Source: Schizosaccharomyces osmophilus (Eukaryota). Taken from it: a stretch of DNA of 64,000 nt. Positions within the stretch are counted from its first letter, which is position 1, and each line of letters begins with the position of its first letter. The position numbers were made by a program, and so were the translations under genes. Shown piece by piece: positions 54,638-64,000 of the stretch. The notes under the pieces are model-generated. The model ran no database searches, was not told the origin of the DNA, and was given only the letters and a program-made list of their open reading frames with translations. The stretch covers positions 1,116,001 to 1,180,000 of the forward strand of contig NC_079239.1 in NCBI RefSeq assembly GCF_027921745.1. The letters run 5' to 3'.

Positions 54638-55039
54638 TGTCATAATCCGTATACAATATCACTAATGCCTTGCTACGATTATCAGATTGTGGTAAAATCA
54701 TATAAAAGAATCCCTTTATGACAATATGTAAATAACGGAAGTTTCTAACAATTAAACAAAGACACTTCATCAAGAGGAAACAGTGTTAGCTACTTTAGAA
54801 GAAATATATATATATATATATATATATACCCAGCGTTGGAAGATTTGACTGATCTAGCTAAATAAATTGTTTATATAACTTTGTTAGTGAAGCAAATCCC
54901 TGGAAGCTATTACTATTCAATCTAAGTAGTATCAAAGCATCCAATTTAAGTCAAACATACAATTTACTGTAATTGTTATTACATACATCTTTTCCACTGA
55001 ATACTTATTCTCATAACGAGTGAGACTTCGTCTGTGACA
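54638..55039 (+). repeat. 5' LTR (402 bp)
   Basis: TGTCATAATCCGTATAC...CTGTGACA; R-U5 aligns with the 3' LTR. Confidence 0.88.
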
Positions 55040-55044
55040 AATTT

Positions 55045-55059
55045 ATCTTCCAATCTGAA
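55045..55059 (+). promoter_or_regulatory. Primer binding site complementary to the element's own LTR (self-priming type)
   Basis: ATCTTCCAATCTGAA is the exact reverse complement of TTCAGATTGGAAGAT at 59489-59503. Confidence 0.75.
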
Positions 55060-55103
55060 AGTGGAAATAGTTTCGTTTTATTACAAATTAAACGAACAGA
55101 AGT

Positions 55104-55970
55104 ATGGAAATGGATTCCGAAAATTCAGGAACTGGATTTTTCGTTAGTGCGATGGATATGCAAAATCTCAAAGCGGAAATAAGCGATCAACTCAAGGTTA
55201 TATCTGAACAGATGGTTGCTGCAAATCAAGAAAAAATGGCCGAAAAATTAAGTCAAATGGAAATTGACGAAGATTACATCGCCGAAGAACCAATGGACCT
55301 AATTGAAAGTGTTGAGAACGCTTATGGTAATAGGGCTGAAAAATACTTAAGACGAATTAATACGAGAGAACCAGAAGTTTATAATCCAGATAAACATGAA
55401 TTAGATGATTTCCTGCGAGACTTGGAAACCATATACGAAATGGTACGTTTGGTGTTTCCTACTGACCAAGAAAAAATCATGTATCTTTATTCTAAATCCC
55501 AAAGTCATCAGAGACAACAGATAAGAGAAGTGGTAAAGAAACCCGGTCCAAATAGAACGTTCGACTTTGTATTCGAAAAAGTTTTTCGAAGCGGATCAAA
55601 CGACTCTTGGGTAGAGACTCTCCATGAACATCTGGACAAGGCTACTAATTCAGATTTCGATTTCGCAGAGTACAGAAAATGGCTTTTAAATTTGGACGTG
55701 GAAACCAACATAAAGATCAGTGCATTCCTATGTCAAAAAATGCATAACCGAAATCAACTCTTAAAAAATAAATATGAAAAAGGAGATCCACAAAAAGCCA
55801 TGAGAGAAACAAATCGCCACGCACGGTATACACCACCTCCAAAACCAACGAAATATACACGCCAACAGTTCTCAACACAGAAACAGAAAGCTTGGAAACC
55901 AAATAAGCGCGAACAAACCAAGAACTGGGATGACTCCAAATATGGAGCGAAATCAAAGCCAAGCGAATGA
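55104..55970 (+). CDS. Retrotransposon Gag (intact ORF, 288 aa)
   Basis: First ORF after the PBS; retrotransposon gag-like PEVY...LDDFLRDLE...FPTDQEKIMYL. Confidence 0.8.
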   Translation: MEMDSENSGTGFFVSAMDMQNLKAEISDQLKVISEQMVAANQEKMAEKLSQMEIDEDYIAEEPMDLIESVENAYGNRAEKYLRRINTREPEVYNPDKHELDDFLRDLETIYEMVRLVFPTDQEKIMYLYSKSQSHQRQQIREVVKKPGPNRTFDFVFEKVFRSGSNDSWVETLHEHLDKATNSDFDFAEYRKWLLNLDVETNIKISAFLCQKMHNRNQLLKNKYEKGDPQKAMRETNRHARYTPPPKPTKYTRQQFSTQKQKAWKPNKREQTKNWDDSKYGAKSKPSE

Positions 55971-58900
55971 CTAGACAAGGGAAACAAGTCTAGAAGAGAT
56001 GAAGTCGTCTCTATAAACAAGGTCATTGTAGGAAATCCACAAACACACTACGAAAAACAATCTTCGCAAAATCAAGATGTCAAAATTGCAAACCTCAAGG
56101 TCAATGCATTGATAGATACTGGCGCCAACGTATCCATCTTGAGAGAAGACCTGGCTAAATAAATTACGCGTAAATTTAATAAAGAAAACCGAACGTTTCT
56201 GGGGATAACAAACGACAAACTTCAAGTTAAAGGAAATTTAACATTGCTAGTAGAAATCAATAAACGAAAATTTTACGAAACGTTTATAATTACTCCGACT
56301 TCAGAAAACGAAGTTCTCCTCGGATGGAGCATCTTGAAAAAATTGAAAAGTTTAGACTTTATATATGGCAACAAGACAAAGGAGGAAAAGAATAACGACA
56401 AGGAAAATCCAAAAGTCGAAGATATATTAAAATCATTCAACAAAGTGTTCACAGAAGTTGCAGACATTCCTTTGCCCAGACACACAGATAGTGATTTGAA
56501 AATTGAACTTACAAACAAATTGCCAGATTACGCACCGAAACTAAGGCCATATACACAAAAAGAATCTGCGACAATAAAAGAAAACGTGCAAAAATTATTA
56601 AGTCAAGGCAAAATTCGCGAAAGCTCATCAAATATTATGTGCGCTCCATTAGTTGTACCGAAAAAGGGAACAGATAAATACCGCATGGTTATAAACTATA
56701 AACTATAAACCACTAAATGCAATCACCAAAAGAGACAATTACCCATTACCAAACTTTGAAGAAATTATAAATTGTCTAAGCGGAGCCAAAGTTTTCAGTA
56801 CGATTGACCTGAAAGAAGCATATCATTTACTTAGAATTCAAAAAGGCGATGAACAAAAGACAGCCTTCAAGACATCCTTTGGAGCATTCGAATACAAAGT
56901 AATGCCCTTTGGATTAACCAATGCGCCAGCAAATTTTCAAAGGTATATTAACAAAGTACTTTTACCATACCTTGGAATTTTTATTATCGTTTATTTGGAC
57001 GATATTCTGATATTTTCCGCCTCAGAAAAAGAACACGAGGAACATTTACGAAAAGTATTGCAGAAGCTACAAGACGCAAAATTATACGCAAATCGAGAGA
57101 AATGTACCTTTTTCCAAAAGAAAGTCAAATTCTTAGGTCATATCTTCTCCAACCAAGGACTGGAGATTGACCCAGAAAGAATTCAAGCTGTTACAAATTG
57201 GCCTGAACCCAATACGTTGCGACGCCTACAATCTTTCTTAGGTTTTGTTAATTATTCTAGATGATTTATGCCGAATCTTTCAAAATTGGCACGACCGTTA
57301 TATGACTTAACAAAGAAGAATGTCAAGTACAGATGGACCGATCGTCATAAAGAAGCCTTTGTCAACATCAAGAAAGAACTAAAAAACGATTCTATGCTAA
57401 AACACTATGATCCAACAAAAGAAACTCGATTAGAAACTGACGCTTCCGACTTTGCCATAGGAGCCATTCTATCGCAAAAACAAGAAGACAACGTTTATCA
57501 TCCAATAGCTTTCTATTCAGAAACATTCACAGATCGTCAATGCATTTGGCCAACATGGGAAAAAGAAGCCTATGCAATTATTGCTGCTCTCCGAAAATGG
57601 TATCATTTCTTAGCTCACACAGAAACACCATTTCAAATATTAACGGATCACAAGAATCTAACATCTATGTTTACAAAAATTCGCACAGATACTCGTTCCA
57701 AATCAATAGATGGGCAACAGAATTGGAACTATACAATTTCGAAATTCAATATCGACCTGGCCGAAAGAATGAACCAGCAGACGCAATCTCACGTCGCCCA
57801 GATTATAAAATCACTGCCATCAATCAACTAAGTGAAGCAAATTATGTAACAAATGTTTTCGATTACGTTCGCAAAGAATACTCCAATCATAAAAAGTTTC
57901 AAAGAATCCTAAATGGAGACAACGACAATCCGCAATATACAATTATAAACGGCCTCATCATTAATGAACAGTTCCACAACTAGTTCAGTTGATATGTTAT
58001 CAATTCCATGATCATCCTATTTCAGGAGGACATCGAGGAAAACTGTCCACAACAAATCGCATTCGCGAAAAGTTTTATTGGCAAGGAATGACAAGCGATA
58101 TCCAAAAGTATGTTAAAAATTGTGATATATGTCAGCACAGTAAAACTCGAAATCATCAACGCTATGGTCAATTACAACCACTGCCCATTGCAGAAAAACC
58201 GTTTCAACATTATTCTATGGATTTTATCGTTGGATTACCAGTATCTCAAGGTAAAGATGCCATCTTAACAATTGTTGATCGTTTCACCAAAATGGCTTGG
58301 TTTCTTCCTTGTAATACAACCACGACCGCAGAACAACTGATTGAAATGTTCGAAGATCACATCGTATCGGTATACGGCAATCCAAGAGATATCGTTTCCG
58401 ACCGAGGACCTGTATTCATTTCTGATAAATGGAAACAATACCTCAAAGATCATAATGTAACACTCAAATTATCTTCTGGATATCATCCACAAACGAATGG
58501 ACAAACTGAGCGTATTAACCAAATAGTAGAAACATATTTACGTTGCTATATGCACGACAACTTGGAAAATTGGGCTACATATTTGAAGAAAGCACAGTTA
58601 TGTTATAACTCTGCCGAACATAGCGCTACCAAAGTAAGCCCTGTAAAGGCCGCATTTGGTATACAACCTATACTAACAGAATGGGATTTGCAAGTGATAA
58701 ACGATCTCGGTACATCATTTTTATCCTCACAAACAGAACCTGTTCACGAGATCAGAAACCACATACGAAAAGCAAATGAACGTTATACAAAATACTATAA
58801 TCGCAAGACAGAGATACCGCCGATATTCAAATCCGGTGACCAAGTACTCATTAAGAATGGTAAAGTGGGATTCTTTCATCAAAACAACAAACTGGAACCA

Positions 58901-59242
58901 ACGTTTGTCGGACCATTCGAAATAAAAAAGAAAGTTGCAGAACACAACTATACTTTAAATTTTCCTCGTGAAATACGAAGACGATACCCTGCATCATTTC
59001 ATGTGTCTGAACTCGAACCATACAACGCAGACTCACATGCAAACAACTTTCTAGCAAATATAACTATCGACCGTATATTAGACGTCGACAACAACCAAAA
59101 GCCTTCGCTTTATTACTGTTTATACCATACGAAACTGTCAAACGACTACCTTCGTTCAGTCACTTGGATCCCCACTCACATTGTTCAACAGAAAGCAGAT
59201 GCAAAACTCGTTGAATTTAACCACAGCGCTTCATCTCGATAG
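55971..59242 (+). pseudogene. Retrotransposon pol (PR-RT-RNaseH-IN) with nonsense and frameshift lesions
   Basis: LIDTGA, MPFGLTNAPANFQ, YLDD, ETDASDFAIG, HHCC, SMDFI..SDRG..E catalytic triad, GPF motif; stops at 56160 and 57262, frameshifts near 56700, 57700 and 57985. Confidence 0.92.
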
Positions 59243-59291
59243 AACCGCAAGGAAAACAAGATCTTTCAATTCAAGGAAGTGAAAGCGTCTT

Positions 59292-59302
59292 AAGAAGGGA
59301 GG
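59292..59302 (+). other. Polypurine tract
   Basis: AAGAAGGGAGG immediately before the 3' LTR TG. Confidence 0.88.
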
Positions 59303-59697
59303 TGTCATAACCGGTATACGATATTACTAATATCTTGATACAATAAATGTATTGTATTATCAAATACGTTATTACAAAACTAAATGTTCATTTTTGCGAC
59401 TGAAAATTTTATAAATCTAGAACTAAGGTTATATAGAAGCTGACTAATCCTAGAAAGATATATATACCTCTAATGGAAAGCTCAAATCTTCAGATTGGAA
59501 GATTTGACTGATCTAGCTAAATAAAATTGTTCATACAACTTACTTAGTGAATCAGATCCCTGGAAGCTATTACTATCTTTCTATAGTACAAACGCATCCA
59601 ATTTATAAGTCAAATATACAATTTTATGAATTGTTATTACTTACATCTTTTCCACTGAATACTTATTCTCATAACAAGTGAGATTCATCCTGTGACA
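59303..59697 (+). repeat. 3' LTR (395 bp)
   Basis: TGTCATAACCGGTATAC...CTGTGACA after the PPT. Confidence 0.9.
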
Positions 59698-62600
59698 GAC
59701 AGTATTCGAAATATTCACAAATATTACAAGATACTTACGAAAGTTATAGAAGTATAATACTAAGTAGTACAAGTTAATACAACCTCATAATATTATAACA
59801 TGTTTAGCTAGCTAACTTACTAACTGTACTTCTACAATTTTAACATCATGTATGTAAAAAAAGTTTGCGAAATAATTAAATACTACCACTCTTAATTAAA
59901 CTTTTTTATTGTAAAGTTATAAGCTCAGGCGGATCAAAGACTAACTTGTTGCAACCTAAAAAATAAGCCCAATAATACTACACAATCCAGTATACTCGTG
60001 CTACAAATATGTCCAGTGTGAGGTATATATTATCACGTTATGATTTTTGTTTCCATTTATTTATCCTCATCATTAAGTGATATTAATAAAGCTGCTGTAT
60101 AAAAATAACATTTCTCAATTGAACGGAAACATAAAAAAGGATAATTGAGATTTAACAGGTTGACTTCATGATTTCTGCTAGCATTTACTGAAAACATATA
60201 CAATATTTAATCAACCCTCAAACTCAAACATACTCATGTATGAAAGCAATAAAAATGCAAAGCTGACCTTTTACTGGTACAAATGCAGATAAAAAAAATT
60301 ATACAATCATACGATAATTGGAATCAAAATCAGCTTCTCAGCTCTTTTTTTATGTGCTTAAATTATTGTCGGATCTCATCTCTGCTTTTCCGCTGATACA
60401 GAAGAGAAACGTAGATCCAATTAGAGAATACAAAGATTGATTTGAAGATTATAGTAAGAAAGTACTGCTACTTAAGACTATAATCGATTGGAATATATGG
60501 AAGAATTAAAAGCAAACCGTTATTAGACTCTGAATTCGCAAATTTAATTATTTGAGTGAATGTATTTTATTGACTATTTCAACTTAAGCTAAGGTTTTTT
60601 TTAAAGGGTTATAAGAAAAAAGACAATAAGACAATCTCTTAGTATTAAATTTATTCGTAAGATAGCGTTTATAAACAAGCACAAAAAGTATAGAATTGTA
60701 CTAATAGGCAAAAACAAAAAAAAAAAGGGGAAATAAATTTTAATAAGATTACATTCTGAGTAATTTGCGCTAATCAGAAAGGTTTCTTTCAATTCTATCA
60801 ATTCTGTTCATGAATGTTTCCAACATGTCTTTCCTGACTAGCATATTGGTTAGGTGATTACATAAATCCAATGCGGTGACTGCTTATAAAGAGTCTTCGA
60901 AAACTGGAAACGTTGCAACTGAGAAATTAATGCAGTCTTAAGAGGGTCTTTGAAATCTGTTCGCGAATGACCTCGATAACCAACGTCTTTTACTTACTTC
61001 TCAATCGTAAAGTAATCGCCATAAAATTCTTTTGTTCCTTCTAAAAACGAGGAGATATAACTAAACGCTTTGATCTAGTTTCATTTTGACAATGCTTACA
61101 TTTAGCTACTAGTGAAGGAAGCTGTAATGTAATTTCTATTAGAACTGAGAAAACTGGTAGATTTTTCGTTAATTAGCATACAGACAAAGGGGTATTGTAA
61201 AGATATTTTGAGCTCTGCTGCACATTTTAAACGGACATACTAATTATATACTAAAAACCATTTCACGATCTTAGACATAAGTCGGCTTAATCGACAATTT
61301 TCTGAAATCATGCTTGGTCGTTACTCATTGTTTGGGTACTGCACTAATTACTATAATATGTATTTGCGTTTTATTGGCGAAACAACATCAAACAAGGAAT
61401 TTTACAGCATTTTCCATATTTAATGCAAATCCACCTTTATTTTACTTCCATAGCTTAACCTGTACCAGCCAAATATATAGCTTACTTCATTATTTTCAAT
61501 ATTTGAACAGTGAGTAAATATTACAACTTCCACAGCTTTACGTTGATGAAAGTATTTGAACGACAATAATCAAGAATTTATAAAATGCTTCGGTATGAAA
61601 AAGAAAGGAGGATGATTAATTGTTTTCTAAGTATCGTACTCACCAATTATATTGAAACCTCAACAAATTTGCTCTACAATCGACAGAACATACAAGGTAG
61701 CCTATCCAATTCATCAGTTTATTAAGAAAATAAATAGAAAACGATTCCTCCTATAGTAAACTACTTGACGCATATATATAATGGCCATAATTCAATAACT
61801 ATTTAAAGAGATTTTTTTATTCGGTATGCTTTCAGTTATCGTATCTAGTATCAAACATGATTTAGTTACTTATAAAGGTAGGCGATCGTTGTCAGAAATT
61901 CAGATAATGCCCTATCTGATGCTTATCCTATAAACAAGTGCCTTTTAATTTTGGATAACCTTCCTTAGGACCTTCTTATATATCTATGTATGCATTAGAG
62001 GGCGATTTGGCAAATCTAAGCTTTATAGAGTCTTTATAAAGTAAGAATAATGCTTGTCAGTTTGTCTGACACAGTGTTGAAAAATTGGGGTGGAACTGTT
62101 AAAAAGACAGCAAATCAGAAAAGACAAGTGGTTGGTAATTCTAGCGTAATTACAAAAATTGGATCTCCTTTTCATGCATAAAGATGTGCATGCAGCTTTG
62201 TTCATGTTTCGAATTTATGCAAAGGTCGAGGAGAACTTAAAATCATCAAAACCTGTTTAATAAAAAATCGTTTAAAGATTCTTTATGTTCTACTCCGCTT
62301 TCCGACAAGCACTCTTGTGTGTGTGTTTTTTTTTTTTTTTTTTTTTGAGTAGCAATTCATCGTCAAGGTGCCCTTTTAAATGGGTTACGCAAACATATTC
62401 GATAATACCGTGCAAGGTTTAAAATGAGGAAAGTAATGATATTTGAACATCTTTTCTATGTTACAGCCTTAAAGTGAGAGTTATTATTTATTTTTCTTCA
62501 TACTTATTCGGATAGTTTTTATTATATCGAAGCTATCAACAAATAGAGAACCATTTATCCTTTTTAAAGTTAATTTAAAGCTAGTAGCGATCATTATTTG

Positions 62601-62869
62601 TTTTTATCTTTCTCATCTAGATAGTAACAAAGTCAGGGCTAAAATATTTAAACTAAATTTTCCAAAAAAAAATTTCAAAGTTTTAACGGGACAAAATTTT
62701 TTTATATACAATTTTTACAAATGGTATTAGGTTAATGAAAATTCAACCTGAGCATCCAGTCAGTACCTTGGTTTCCAGATGATTCCCATGATTTCTCATA
62801 CCAATTCATGACAAAAAAAAATCGAAGCAAAAGCATAAGTAAAAAATTTTAAATGAACGAAGTGCTCGA

Positions 62870-63140
62870 TCTGATGTGTCCGTATGCAGTACAGTTTAAG
62901 CTGATCAGTCTTAATAGTTATAGTCAAACATGGAAAAGTAAAGTATAAATTATCAGGTTGGAAGATTCAACCGATCTAGCATAATAATCTCTATCTTCAA
63001 TTCATATAGCTCTATCAGATATCTCGATTTGGGAATTCTTTTCTCCCAAAGGAAAAGGAAAAAGTAAGTTCAATATATAGTAGAAGTTGCTTTTAGATTT
63101 TACAACATACAGCCGGTCGTATAATTGTACAGCGTAGACA
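62870..63140 (+). mobile_element. Decayed solo LTR related to the 54.6 kb element
   Basis: 62958-62980 TTGGAAGATTCAACCGATCTAGC matches LTR TTGGAAGATTTGACTGATCTAGC at 20/23; boundaries approximate. Confidence 0.5.
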
Positions 63141-63740
63141 ACTGTATACAGCAAGGTAAGGTGGCATATCAGTGTTTAAGTGAAGTACAGGTTTTGCGTA
63201 GGTTTTCTGTCTTACATGGTGAATATGCTAGAAGCTCGTTGTTTAAAACAAGGTCTATAACGACCTTTTTCACTTTCGTATTTCTTATGTATTTACCCGA
63301 GAGTTTTTCATTGATTTATAAAAACAGCTTTTGCGGAAGTGAATAGGCATGATTCAAAAGATCAGTATGTAGAATCGCAAAAACTCATTTTATCTGAAGT
63401 TTCATAGTTAGGTATCGTTGATGAGCGTTATTTGAAGCAATATTTCAAAAAGAGAATAATTTCGAAAGAAGAAATCAGTCGTTTACTAAAGCACGTAAAT
63501 AAAACCGTAATAAATGCAGCAAAAACATAATGAGGTTACCTTCGCAAATCAGCGTTGAAATTTGGAGAATAACAATTTTTGATTTAAAAGAACTTATGTT
63601 TCATTGGTAAAGAATGCGTTTAAATCTACTAGATTTTTCTTGACTTAAGCTTTCACATTCAATCCCTTGGAGTAAGCAACCATGAATTTTACAGGTATTA
63701 TTAACTGTATATAACACTATTTGTAGTTACAAATTAATTA

Positions 63741-63812
63741 GCTCTTGTAGCTCAGTGGTAGAGCGCTTGCCTAGTAAGCAAGAGGCCCAGTGTTCGAGTC
63801 ACTGCTGGAGCA
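63741..63812 (+). tRNA. tRNA-Thr(AGT)
   Basis: Anticodon arm CTTGC-CTAGTAA-GCAAG, GTTCGAG T-loop, T-run. Confidence 0.95.
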
Positions 63813-64000
63813 AACTTTTTGTCTACAGACCGAAGTTCATTCCGGATAATGCTATTTTTGTCTTCACTTAAAACAAACAAACATTTATCCAGCATTACAA
63901 ATCTACCCGGGCTGAGTGGAACTTACGAGAGCCGCTGGGCGAATTTTTCGGCCGGTTCTCCCTTCGGTTTGTCGTTGTCAAAATAATTTAGGCAGAACAG

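Larger units (their letters stand above)
54638..59697 (+). mobile_element. Full-length but inactivated Ty3/gypsy LTR retrotransposon (self-priming, chromovirus-like)
   Basis: TG..CA LTRs at both ends, gag-PR-RT-RH-IN order, PPT, near-matching 5-bp TSD GTCAG/GACAG. Confidence 0.93.

Noticed and set aside
59830..62800. AT-rich unique sequence as the CENP-A central core
   Set aside because: Cannot be assigned from sequence alone; another LTR remnant and tRNA-Thr follow, so the core may start beyond the window.
62755..62810. Possible 5S rRNA pseudogene fragment (GATTCCCATGATTTCTCATACC)
   Set aside because: The match to 5S is short and patchy, and the nearby GTAGACA is better explained as a decayed LTR end.

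Overview
Fission-yeast (Schizosaccharomyces, not S. pombe itself; probably the octosporus/cryophilus/osmophilus clade, which is an inference) chromosome arm running into a centromere flank. Positions 1-37.9 kb are gene-dense, with intron-containing housekeeping genes in the order I recall for S. pombe chromosome III left of cen3 (ucp12, ABCF ATPase, gbs1, psy1, naa40, pwi1, rps18, erm1, rpa12, iec3, cox9, taf8, rxt3, DUF2457 gene, pdx1, tRNA-Ala, pgp1, gyp2, gid1, ubc11, chk1). After chk1 there is no clearly intact cellular protein gene for 26 kb. That stretch holds 13 tRNA genes (E L D V A I R R K L E F, then T at 63.7 kb), one 5S rRNA gene, microsatellites and Ty3/gypsy retrotransposon material. 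The main element (54638-59697) is full length but inactivated. Its gag and pol are in frame and separated only by UGA-CUAG, a readthrough-type context. Its PBS is complementary to its own LTR, as in Tf1-type self-priming. Its integrase ends in a divergent chromodomain-like tail, and its two LTRs have non-alignable U3 cores. An older gag-protease fossil (about 41.5-42.0 kb) and a decayed solo LTR (about 62.9-63.1 kb) point to repeated retroelement colonisation of this pericentromere. Gene names and exon boundaries were assigned by eye from motifs and remembered synteny; no database search was run.
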